A program made the translations under genes and the position numbers. From positions 13,960 through 77,959 of the forward strand of contig CAVXWU010000001.1 in assembly GCA_963765535.1 (NCBI GenBank): a DNA stretch of 64,000 nt, in the 5' to 3' direction. Below the pieces are notes generated by a model, which worked only from the letters and a program-made list of their open reading frames with translations, ran no database searches and was not told the origin of the DNA. Within the stretch, counting starts at the first letter, position 1, and every line of letters begins with the position of its first letter. Of this stretch, positions 37,078 through 45,250 are shown piece after piece. This DNA comes from an uncultured Verrucomicrobiae bacterium. Its GTDB lineage: Bacteria > Verrucomicrobiota > Verrucomicrobiia > Limisphaerales > JAHDYP01.

Positions 37078-37380
37078 ACGTGCGCCGTTCCCCCTGAAGA
37101 CACTCACGAGCCCCAAACGCACACCCAGCAACGATCCGAGTATGACAACTGCCAAAAGCGCACCACGTAGTTATACTAATTGATGATGCTGCATCTACCA
37201 TCTCTTCACTGCTTCGCAAGAAATGGATGACTTTTTGTTGATTTATTGTTGACGGGCAAATGCTTGCGATTCAGGATCTTCCTCGTGAATGCCACCGAAT
37301 CCACTCACAAATACGCACTGATCGCCGACTTGATTGCCGACAGTAAATGCTATGTTTGTATTAGACACACTGCGCTTGCG

Positions 37381-37432
37381 TTCCTTGACACGGAAGGGGT
37401 CAGAGGTTCAAATCCTCTATCGCGCACCATCT
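37381..37432 (+). repeat. attR: 52 bp duplicate of the tRNA-Val 3' half
   Basis: Identical to 17418-17469. Confidence 0.85.
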
Positions 37433-37444
37433 TTCTTCCTGGTT

Positions 37445-37615
37445 ATGCGGCGTCGCGTGCCCGATCGCGAGATGCTTTTCCTTTCCCGTGTCTTGGGTGT
37501 GAAACTCGAAGATTTATTTCCCCGAAACGTCACCCTCAGCAAAGTCGGCCCGCAGTTTCAGTCGGGCGAACGTCTGGCGGTTTTTCCGACAAGGGCGGAA
37601 CTGCTCGATTCTTGA
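37445..37615 (+). pseudogene. C-terminal fragment of an XRE-type HTH protein
   Basis: MRRRVPDREMLFLSRVLGVKLEDLFP resembles the last helix region of XRE regulators. The HTH itself is absent. Confidence 0.35.
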
Positions 37616-37768
37616 TCTTGCAGTCTTCTCTAAATGCTCAACTCACAAAGCGCGCCTGAATCAAATGGTGCGCGCCCTGTGAGTTGAACACAAGACGCAC
37701 GGATGTGCCCTGATTATAGAAATAGCCATTATGCCGAGCTTGGCATAAGGGCTATTTTCTGGAGCGCC

Positions 37769-37844
37769 GGATTATGCCAAGTAACCGGGGTGATTCCTCA
37801 AAATCATTGAGGAATCACCTTCTCTTCATTTTTCAACTCGGCGC
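37769..37844 (+). repeat. palindromic intergenic repeat family, copy 1
   Basis: GGATTATGCCAAGTAACCGGGGTGATTCCTCAAAATCATTGAGGAATCACC...ACTCGGCGCC. Contains a 13 bp perfect hairpin (37789-37819). Confidence 0.65.
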
Positions 37845-37912
37845 CGCTGGCTTACATCTAGCAAGGATCGTCGTCTTCGAGGACTCCCCTCCAGCCAAGG
37901 TGCCCTCCACAC

Positions 37913-38983
37913 CTAATCGTCGCGGACATCCTTCTTGGCCGACTTGAGGAATCGGCCGAAGTCCCGGTCCTTTTTTCGCTTTTGAGCGTAAGACATGTCG
38001 TAGAACTCGGATTCGCCCCGGAGCTTCTGGTAGTTCTCGTATTGCTCCCGGCTGAGGTCGCCAGAATTCAACGCTTCGAGCACGGCGCAGCCGGGCTCGC
38101 CCGTGTGGCTGCAATCGCGGTAGCGGCAAGAGGCGGCGAGGGTGGTGATGTCTGAATAGCTGCTTTCGATGCCGCTGGCCGCACCCAGGATGCCGAATTC
38201 CCGCATGCCCGGGTTGTCGATGACCAGCGCGCCGCCGGCCAGGCGAATCAGCTCCCGGCGTACGGTGATGTGCCGTCCTTCACCGGTCGCGCTCACGTTC
38301 CCGGTTTCCTGCGCCTCACGGCCCATCAGCCAGTTGATCAGCGTGCTCTTGCCGACGCCGGAGGAGCCGACAAAGCAATAGGTCTTGCCCGGCAGCAACG
38401 ATCGCTGGAGGGCATCCACGCCGTCGCCTGTGACGTTGCTCAGGGTCGTCACCGGCGCGCGGATGCCCGCGGAACGGATTTGCGTCAACTGCGCATCAAG
38501 GACCCAGTGCTCCACCAGGTCGGTTTTGGTGAGCAGAATCTGCGGATCGGCGCCGCCGTCCATCACCATGACGAGATACCGTTCCAACCGCTTCACATTG
38601 AAATCGAAGTGACATGACTGAACGATGACCACGCAGTCCACGTTGGCCGCGATCATCTGGGATTGGATGGGGCTTCCCGCCGACTTTCGGCGCAGCGAAG
38701 TCCTTCGCTCCAGTACCCCGTGAACCACCCCAAAGCCGCCGCTCGCCTCTCTTTCAAGCCGCACCCAGTCACCGACGCACGGCAGGTGATGCGGTTGGGA
38801 AAGTCGGTGCAGGTACCTGCCGGCCAGCTTGGCACGAAAGGGACCGTCCTGGTTCACCAGCAGCAACAGTTCCCGATCCACAGCGGTCACGCGGGCGATA
38901 GTTTGCGCCGGCTCGCATTGTGACCTTGCCTCGAACCACTCGCACCAGCCCAGCCCGTTCAATTCTGGATGCTCATTGTTCAT
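37913..38983 (-). CDS. rsgA: ribosome small-subunit-dependent GTPase A
   Basis: Circularly permuted GTPase motifs: LLTKTDL, GSSGVGKSTLINWL, GEGRHITV..ELI, DNPGMREFG, and the C-terminal zinc motif CRYRDCSHTGEPGC. Confidence 0.85.
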   Translation of the reverse strand: MNNEHPELNGLGWCEWFEARSQCEPAQTIARVTAVDRELLLLVNQDGPFRAKLAGRYLHRLSQPHHLPCVGDWVRLEREASGGFGVVHGVLERRTSLRRKSAGSPIQSQMIAANVDCVVIVQSCHFDFNVKRLERYLVMVMDGGADPQILLTKTDLVEHWVLDAQLTQIRSAGIRAPVTTLSNVTGDGVDALQRSLLPGKTYCFVGSSGVGKSTLINWLMGREAQETGNVSATGEGRHITVRRELIRLAGGALVIDNPGMREFGILGAASGIESSYSDITTLAASCRYRDCSHTGEPGCAVLEALNSGDLSREQYENYQKLRGESEFYDMSYAQKRKKDRDFGRFLKSAKKDVRDD

Positions 38984-39044
38984 CTGTTCCGCCCCATGAA
39001 AGCACAAACCCGCTGCCCTGACCATTCCTTTGAGGGCTACTACT

Positions 39045-39112
39045 GATGCCAGGTAACCGGGGCAGTTCCTTGAAAATACTGAAAAATCGCCCCTGGTGAC
39101 TCGGCGTAATCC
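39045..39112 (+). repeat. palindromic intergenic repeat family, copy 2
   Basis: GATGCCAGGTAACCGGGGCAGTTCCTTGAAAATACTGAAAAATCGCCCCTGGTGACTCGGCGTAATCC. It lies between the divergent rsgA and the serine hydrolase gene. Confidence 0.65.
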
Positions 39113-39193
39113 GGACATGACGGATCGTCGACAGCGCTGTCAAAAACCTGATAAGGCCAGAGTGTGGTGGCCATGCTTGGTGTTGGCGTTAAT

Positions 39194-41002
39194 ATGAGCA
39201 TCTACAAAATCGTCCGATTCATCTGCTATGCTCTGGTTTTGTTGCGCGTTCCATTTTTGGCCACAGGAGAGGATTTCACCAATGCACTCCATGCCTATTT
39301 GCAGCAGCGCGTCGAAGCAGAACAGATTGATATTGGCATCGTGGTTGGCTTGATAGATGAAAGCGGGAGCAACATTGTCAGCTGCGGGAAATTGGATAAC
39401 GGCACGGAAGTGAACGGCGATACCGTTTTCGAGATCGGATCAGTCACGAAAGCCTTTACCGCTTTACTGCTGCAAGACATGGTCGAGCGGGGGGAGATGA
39501 AGCTGGATGATCCTGTGGCAAACTATTTACCCAAATCGGTCAGGATGCCGGCCCGAAACCGCAAGGAGATGACTTTGCTCCAATTGGCCACGCATACTTC
39601 AGGCCTTCCGCGTGAACCGGATAACTGCGAGCCAGACCATTATGATCCCAGGTACGTGGATGCTCCCTGTGCTGATTATACCGTCGAAAAGTTATATGCA
39701 TTCCTGTCCGGTTATCGGTTGACCCGCGATCCTGGAAGTCAGTTTGAATATTCCAACCCGGGGATGGCTCTGGTTGGACAAGCGGCAGCCCTGAAAGCGG
39801 GGACGAATTACGAATCGATCGTGGTGGACCGAATCTGCACGCCATTGCAGATGGACAGCACACGAGTTACCCTGACGCCAGAACTAAAAGGCAGGTTCGC
39901 CATCGGACACAGTCACTGCGGTTATGCGCTTCCAAGTTGCGATTTTGGCGCGTTGGCCCCCGTTTCGGCGTTGAAGTCCACGGCCAGCGACATGGTCAAA
40001 TACCTTTCGGCTAACCTCGGCCTCACGCCGTCCCCGCTCGTGCAGGTCACGGAAAGGACTCATGCGGTTCGCTTCTTAAATGCGATGGCAGACTCTGATA
40101 TCGGATTGGGTTGGATCATCTCGCGCGACCCGCAAGGAACAAGAACGATATGGCACAACGGAGCCACGTACGGCCACTTGGCGTTCGTGGGTTTTGAGAA
40201 GGAGCGGCGTCGCGGCGTGGTCGTGCTTTCAAATTCCAGGATGAGCAATGAGCTTCTCGGTCTGGGCGGCTTTTTACTCAAATGCGAATGGCAGTCGGAT
40301 CGCCGGCCAAGGGAGAGTCAGGGCAGCGGAATGGACAATAATTCGTATGTGGGGCAATACCGGCGTTCCGGGAAGCGTTCGGATGGCGGGCCATCCGAAC
40401 CCGGCGTCGGTATTCGCCGCACCGGCGACCGACTTTTCGCCCAGGTCACAGGCAAAAGTGCCTGGCCGGTAAATGCACTGTTGCCGCCCATCTCGGGCGA
40501 ACTAATGCCGGAATCAGAAATCCACTTTTTCGAGAGATTAAGCGGCACCGCTATAAGCTTTTCCCAAGTTGCCAGGGGCAAGGTGACCGGTCTGACGTTG
40601 CATTACCGGGATCAGACATTTGCTTATGAGAAAATCTCTGAGGATCCGCCCAAAGCCCCCGAACCACTGCGTCGGCCCATTGCCGTAAAGCTGGAGACAA
40701 ACCTTCTCGACACCTGCACCGGTCGTTACAACTTTGCACCGAATGGCGCGCTACCTTCCCCCGGAATGAAGCTGAGGATCTGGCGGGAAGGCGAGCAGTT
40801 GCTCGGGCAATTCACGGCCAAGGGTGCGACTCCCGGTCCGCTCAGCATCTGCGCGGAGTCGGAAACAAACTTCTTCATCAAGATCGATGGCGCGCAATTG
40901 ACCTTCATCAAGAGTCACAAGAGGGAAGTGATTGCTGTCATCCTTCATGCGGCGGGGTTGCCGGATATCGAAGGAAAGAAAGTGTCAGCCTCGGGCGAAT
41001 GA
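39194..41002 (+). CDS. serine hydrolase (beta-lactamase / PBP4*-type) with C-terminal duplicated DUF3471-like domain
   Basis: Signal peptide. SxxK (FEIGSVTKAF) and YxN (FEYSNPG). Two similar C-terminal beta-rich modules. Confidence 0.85.
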   Translation: MSIYKIVRFICYALVLLRVPFLATGEDFTNALHAYLQQRVEAEQIDIGIVVGLIDESGSNIVSCGKLDNGTEVNGDTVFEIGSVTKAFTALLLQDMVERGEMKLDDPVANYLPKSVRMPARNRKEMTLLQLATHTSGLPREPDNCEPDHYDPRYVDAPCADYTVEKLYAFLSGYRLTRDPGSQFEYSNPGMALVGQAAALKAGTNYESIVVDRICTPLQMDSTRVTLTPELKGRFAIGHSHCGYALPSCDFGALAPVSALKSTASDMVKYLSANLGLTPSPLVQVTERTHAVRFLNAMADSDIGLGWIISRDPQGTRTIWHNGATYGHLAFVGFEKERRRGVVVLSNSRMSNELLGLGGFLLKCEWQSDRRPRESQGSGMDNNSYVGQYRRSGKRSDGGPSEPGVGIRRTGDRLFAQVTGKSAWPVNALLPPISGELMPESEIHFFERLSGTAISFSQVARGKVTGLTLHYRDQTFAYEKISEDPPKAPEPLRRPIAVKLETNLLDTCTGRYNFAPNGALPSPGMKLRIWREGEQLLGQFTAKGATPGPLSICAESETNFFIKIDGAQLTFIKSHKREVIAVILHAAGLPDIEGKKVSASGE

Positions 41003-41066
41003 AGTGTGCGTACTGACCACGGTTTGAGATCCGATTTTCACTGGTGTTCTGTTCTGGTGGGCACCG

Positions 41067-41148
41067 GGATTATGCCGAGTTCAAAAATCAGGAAAGGGGC
41101 GATCCCGCAATGATTTTGAGGAACCGCCCCGGCTACTCGGCATGATCC
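41067..41148 (-). repeat. palindromic intergenic repeat family, copy 3 (inverted orientation)
   Basis: The reverse complement reads GGATCATGCCGAGTAGCCGGGGCGGTTCCTCAAAATCATTGCGGGATCGCCCC...ACTCGGCATAATCC. Confidence 0.65.
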
Positions 41149-41152
41149 GACG

Positions 41153-41389
41153 CTACAGAAAATACCCAAGACTTCGTAACGACGAGTGAATCGGATTGCC
41201 GATGATTACGTGGTCGAGAACTTCAATCTTAATCAGTTGACCACCTCGGATGACATCGCGAGTAATTTTGATGTCGGGTGCGGACGGACTCGGATCGCCG
41301 CTCGGATGATTGTGGATGAGAACAATAGCGGATGCGCTGGCAATGACGGCCAATCTGAACACTTCACGCTCAATGAAACAATATTCCAT
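41153..41389 (-). pseudogene. radC: RadC-like JAB/MPN domain, C-terminal remnant
   Basis: REVFRLAVIASASAIVLIHNHPSGDPSPSAPDIKITRDV...IEVLDHVIIG. The upstream half of the domain, including the Glu of the JAMM motif, is missing. Confidence 0.7.
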
Positions 41390-41493
41390 TCCTGTGGTTG
41401 AGATGGAAATTTAGCAGGTTTGACAATCGAAGCTGCCGGTTGAGGCGGGTTGCATGTTGAGGCGATGAGGTTTTCTGTCGTGTTCATGTTCTT

Positions 41494-41569
41494 GCGTTTC
41501 GTTTTGAAGGAGCGGGATTGCTTTCTTCGCCTCGTCCCTGAGAAAGCAATCCCGCTCCGAACGAAACGC
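41494..41569. repeat. long interrupted inverted repeat (10 + 18 bp of pairing)
   Basis: GCGTTTCGTT..GGAGCGGGATTGCTTTCT-(14 nt)-AGAAAGCAATCCCGCTCC.AACGAAACGC. Confidence 0.65.
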
Positions 41570-42015
41570 ACCCGTCCGCGCCTGCGCCGTCGGGCAGCGG
41601 AGCACGAAGCAACGGAGTGCCACGAGACGCACACAGCACACCCGCGAAGCGCATTCCTCAAACTGTGAACTGTGTCTCGTGGCGCGTCGTTGCGCGGAGC
41701 AACCAGAGGCGCGGGTGCGGACCGGGTGAACACGACAGAAATCCGCGTCGCGAACATTCGCCTCGGCTCAGTTCGCGGTGTGCATTGCCAAGAATTCAGC
41801 GATGACGTTGCGGAAAATCCAATCAGTGATTGGAGAATTTGAGATTCCTCAATCGTTGATCGACGCATTGACCGAAGAATTTTGCGCCAACTTGGAGGTT
41901 CAGCGGAGCAGAGAGGACTGTTTAGCGGAACGAAGTGGGGCATAACGTCCGTCGCCGCGCCACAGACCGGAAGCCGCGCATTAGTCACGATGGTTCGAGT
42001 TCTTTCCTGCAATCC

Positions 42016-42546
42016 TCAACGAACTTCAACACCCTGAGTGCCTGTTGTTTCACGCCGCTCCACATCCCATTCGGATCGAAGTCGGGTTTGCTTGTAGATT
42101 TCCGCGAGTTTTCCGATTGGCCAACCTAAATGATAGCCCCCGATCATTTGTTTGTTGATGAGGGTCGTTCGGATCAATCCCAGGTCGGATGTCAATGCCG
42201 GGCAATCGCTCCCGATGATGACAGTCGCGGTCGAATCTTCGCCGAAACTGTCTTCAAACGCGCCGGCCATGCGCTGGCCAAGGTCGCCCTCGCACTGTGG
42301 TCGGCACAGCCAGCCATCGCCAAGCCAATGCTGCATCTCGTTTGCGTCGTGACCGGCAAAACGGATTTCCAGTTCCACCTTTTGTGACTGACACAAAGCA
42401 TGTGCGGTTCGCAGCGTTCGTAACACCAGCCGCCGATGCAACGCCGCCGCACCTTCAGCGCCGAGCGTGGGGATGAGCCGGGTTTTCACCTTCCCGGCGA
42501 CGGGAAAGCGAGCGAACAGAATCAATCTGCGACGTTGGTCGGCCAT
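42016..42546 (-). CDS. DUF2064 / TIGR04282-like glycosyltransferase family protein, C-terminus atypical
   Basis: RRRLILFARFPVAGKVKTRL...IGSDCPAL. The expected DGGYYLIG block is only weakly present (IGGYHLG). Confidence 0.55.
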   Translation of the reverse strand: MADQRRRLILFARFPVAGKVKTRLIPTLGAEGAAALHRRLVLRTLRTAHALCQSQKVELEIRFAGHDANEMQHWLGDGWLCRPQCEGDLGQRMAGAFEDSFGEDSTATVIIGSDCPALTSDLGLIRTTLINKQMIGGYHLGWPIGKLAEIYKQTRLRSEWDVERRETTGTQGVEVR

Positions 42547-42564
42547 GGGTAAATTGTAGCGCGC

Positions 42565-43182
42565 TCACCGTTGCCAGGCGAGCCAACGGGTCATCAGTTT
42601 CTTCACGAACGGCGTCAGGCGCGTGCGATTGTAGAGGTCCCCGGTTTTGCGGGTGGCTTCGGCCTGGGTTGGATACGGATGAATCGTCGCGCCGATGGTC
42701 TTGAGGCTGAGTTTGCCTTTCATCGCGAGTGTGAGTTCGCCAATCAAATCGCCCGCGTGTGCCGCAATCACGGTTGCGCCGAGAATTTCATCCGTGTCTT
42801 TGCGAACGTGGACGCGCACAAAGCCTTCGGTCTCGCCATCAAGAATGGCGCGGTCCACCTTGCTCAACTCCTGCGTGAACGTGTCCACTTCGATGCCCTG
42901 GGTCTTCGCGTCCTTCTCGTAAAGGCCGACGTCTGCGATTTCCGGCGAAGTGAAAGTCGCCCAAGGGATGATGAGCGAACTCGCCTTGGCGCGGCCTTTG
43001 AACAGCGCGTTCTGAATGACGATGCGCGCCATGAAGTCCGCCGCGTGTGTGAACTGATACGGCGATCAGATGTCGCCGCAAGCGTAAATGCGCGGGTTGG
43101 TGGTCTGCAACCGGTCATTGACCTTCACGCCCTTCGTGTCGAATTCGACGCCGACGGTTCCGAGTCCCAGACCCTCGACATT
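42565..43182 (-). pseudogene. pyridine nucleotide-disulfide oxidoreductase, C-terminal ~200 aa only, with in-frame TGA at 43066-43068
   Basis: NVEGLGLGTVGVEFDTKGVKVNDRLQTTNPRIYACGDI*SPYQFTHAADFMARIVIQNALF..., then the dimerisation domain (TIHPYPT). Confidence 0.7.
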
Positions 43183-43185
43183 CGG

Positions 43186-43306
43186 CGCCCGCGCCGTTGG
43201 CAAACGCCACGAGGGTACGCACCACCTTGTCGGGCGACGACAGATCCCGTTTGAACTCGAGAGTCTTTCCCTCGTGCTGACGTAGGAGTTCGATCAGCTC
43301 GATCAT
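43186..43306 (-). pseudogene. N-terminal 40 aa of an AlbA_2/Schlafen-type protein fused to the oxidoreductase fragment
   Basis: MIELIELLRQHEGKTLEFKRDLSSPDKVVRTLVAFANGAGA, then loss of similarity. Confidence 0.4.
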
Positions 43307-43427
43307 GCTCGGAAAACTACACGGAAGCCCAGGACGATCGCATGCTTCCGTGTGTACGGAGAGTCGGCCGCGCTTCGCCCCTGCGTCGATGTTCCGTTGC
43401 CCTGGAAGGGCCCGCCCCATGATACGC

Positions 43428-43517
43428 CTCTACGCCGAGGTTGATGACGGTCTTGCGGCCGTTGACCATCCAGGTCCCGTACCACCATCTGCTGGATTTT
43501 CTGATTTCGAGCGCCAT
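43428..43517 (-). pseudogene. possible N-terminal remnant of a tyrosine integrase
   Basis: MALEIRKSSRWWYGTWMVNGRKTVINLGV resembles integrase arm-binding N-termini. Nothing integrase-like follows. Confidence 0.3.
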
Positions 43518-43576
43518 ATGTAATTCCATGCAAGGCCATGCAAGCCTGCGCCTTAGAATCGGCGATCCTGTGCGAT

Positions 43577-43596
43577 GTTTCCAAACATTTGCCAAA
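43577..43596 (+). repeat. 20-mer direct repeat, copy 1 (GTTTCCAAACATTTGCCAAA)
   Basis: Identical to 43809-43828. Lies 64 nt 5' of the tRNA fragment. Confidence 0.8.
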
Positions 43597-43660
43597 TAAT
43601 CCAGGCCAAATCGTCGTATGTTACTGGAGATCAAGCGCCATGGTTACCATTTGCAATGAG

Positions 43661-43694
43661 AAGGTCAGGGGTTCAAATCCCCTCGGCTCCACCA
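43661..43694 (+). pseudogene. tRNA 3' fragment (variable loop, T arm, acceptor strand, CCA)
   Basis: AAGGTC-AGGGG-TTCAAAT-CCCCT-CGGCTCC-A-CCA. No complementary 5' acceptor strand or anticodon stem lies upstream. Confidence 0.5.
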
Positions 43695-43808
43695 TTTTGA
43701 AAGCGTCTGCAAGGCTGTGAAAGCCTTGCTCGCAGGAGGTTAGGTGCACTGTCTGCTCTGCCACCCCGTTTGTGCGACGCCGTGCAATTCCGGGCAATCG
43801 TAGGAACG

Positions 43809-43828
43809 GTTTCCAAACATTTGCCAAA
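43809..43828 (+). repeat. 20-mer direct repeat, copy 2
   Basis: Identical to 43577-43596. Lies 114 nt 3' of the tRNA fragment. Confidence 0.8.
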
Positions 43829-44169
43829 CTTTTGGCGGTTGTGGGCCATCCGACTTGAGTGGCGTGTGCCTCCGCAGCGCACCGTCCTGAATGACGCCGC
43901 AGCCCGAAACGTCTAACCGCTTGTGAAGCCCGCCCCCTTGATCCTCCTTGGATTGGCCTCGCTTGTGGCCGCAATCCCGCCGCCCTCCAACCGCGGATCC
44001 GGGCAGCCGATGCAGCCGAATCCTTCAACCGTCGAACACCGAGAAGCACATCAGGCTCTGGACAACCTGACGGCCTGGGCAAACCAAATCCGAACGCCAC
44101 TTTGCCTTAGTCCGGCGGAAGCAAACGGGCGGCTTTTCAAATGGCGGCGGAAGGCGTAGCGTAGTCCCC

Positions 44170-44376
44170 ATGAAGTTCGTGACCACTCTGGAGCGGGACG
44201 AGGATGGCGTTTGGGTCGCTGAATGCCCGTCGATCCCCGGTTGCGTGAGCCAGGGCAAGACCCGAGAGGAAGCTCTGGCTAATATCCGGGAGGCCATCGC
44301 GGCCTGCCTCGAAGTGCGGGCCGAGCGCGGCTTGCCGCTGACCGTCGAGACGCAACAGGTCGAGGTCACGGTCTGA
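44170..44376 (+). CDS. hicB: HicB-family antitoxin (UPF0150)
   Basis: MKFVTTLERDEDGVWVAECPSIPGCVSQGKTREEALANIREAIAACLE. Confidence 0.85.
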   Translation: MKFVTTLERDEDGVWVAECPSIPGCVSQGKTREEALANIREAIAACLEVRAERGLPLTVETQQVEVTV

Positions 44377-44603
44377 TGCCTCCACTGCCCACACTTAGCG
44401 GCCGGGATGTCGTCAAGGCGTTCGCCAAAGCCGGCTGGCAAATGGTGCGTCAGCGCGGTAGCCACATGATCCTGGTCAAGGACGGCCATATGGCGACACT
44501 TTCCATCCCGGACCACCGGGAGATCGCCAAGGGGACGTTGCGGAGTTTGATCCGATCAAGCGGACTGACCGTGGAGGAGTTTGTGGTGCTCGTGGGCAGA
44601 TAG
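44376..44603 (+). CDS. hicA: HicA-family mRNA interferase toxin
   Basis: LSGRDVVKAFAKAGWQMVRQRGSHMILVKDGH..LSIPDHREIAKGTLRSLIRSSGLTVEEF. The start overlaps the hicB stop. Confidence 0.85.
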   Translation: MPPLPTLSGRDVVKAFAKAGWQMVRQRGSHMILVKDGHMATLSIPDHREIAKGTLRSLIRSSGLTVEEFVVLVGR

Positions 44604-44809
44604 CCGCAACTCGATGCGCAGACTCGAACCGCCGGCCTGCCACCTGGGCGTTGAAAGAAGCATGCCGAAGAAGCAATCGGGACCCTTGGCACAGAAGAAC
44701 CCGGCTGGTGGGGGGCTTGCCTCAACGGGCCGGCGGCCATGACCAACTCCAGAAACGGAAGGCAGACTTGCTCCCACGCCATGGCGACAGCGGGCAGGTG
44801 GGCCAGAAT

Positions 44810-45157
44810 TCAGAATAGAAATGCGTGGCTCTTCGAGGTTCGCGGGAAGCCTCCGAAAAGCCGGGCCTCATGCTTGCGCAAGGAAGCGAGCATGGCATTT
44901 AATGCTGATACGGCGGCCGGCTTGGGGTGGGGTCGGCAGTATTCCACAATGCCAAAGGCCCAGAAATCGATGGCGTAGCTCACGGTGCGGCAATGCTCGT
45001 AGATCAGCGCATCGCCCTGATTCGGAGAGCTGGCGGCAAGGGAAGGCGAGTGCGGGGTTTTTACAAAGGAGCTGTGTACGGTGTCGCTGAGATCACGATA
45101 AACCACATGATACAGGAATTCCCACCTTTCACCCAGGCGCTGACAGCGGGTGAACAC
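44810..45157 (-). CDS. hypothetical protein (possibly a gene fragment)
   Basis: 115 aa ORF. No confident motif. Confidence 0.3.
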   Translation of the reverse strand: MFTRCQRLGERWEFLYHVVYRDLSDTVHSSFVKTPHSPSLAASSPNQGDALIYEHCRTVSYAIDFWAFGIVEYCRPHPKPAAVSALNAMLASLRKHEARLFGGFPRTSKSHAFLF

Positions 45158-45250
45158 ATCTGGAAAGCCTCCGGTAGATTGCGGCAGGCCACATTGGGTG
45201 GGGTTGCGACGATTTGCGGATCAGCATGGTCTGAGAGTCGGACAACTGCA

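Larger units (their letters stand above)
17392..37432. mobile_element. ~20 kb integrated genomic island at tRNA-Val (attL = tRNA 3' half, attR = 52 bp repeat)
   Basis: 17418-17469 is identical to 37381-37432 (52/52). A tyrosine integrase lies immediately 3' of the tRNA. The cargo is mosaic. Confidence 0.7.

Noticed and set aside
41802-41945. 47-codon ORF (MTLRKIQSVIGEFEIPQSLIDALTEEF...) in the ORF-free stretch, as a small protein gene.
   Set aside because: It has no recognisable motif and no obvious RBS, and it lies in a region full of gene debris. The evidence is insufficient.
43066-43068. In-frame TGA in the oxidoreductase as a selenocysteine codon. This was tempting because the neighbouring DUF2064/TIGR04282 family is described as selenodomain-associated and the position is probably Cys in homologs.
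   Set aside because: The gene is only a C-terminal fragment fused to unrelated sequence, and the position is not a redox-active site. A single TGC/TGT to TGA change explains it. I cannot evaluate a SECIS element by eye. The tniQ TGA (46356) is likewise best read as a nonsense mutation.
43621-43694. Possible complete tRNA with a GCA (Cys) anticodon-like TTGCAAT.
   Set aside because: The upstream sequence GGAGATC does not pair with CGGCTCC, and no anticodon stem flanks the putative loop. Only the T arm and acceptor 3' strand are tRNA-like.
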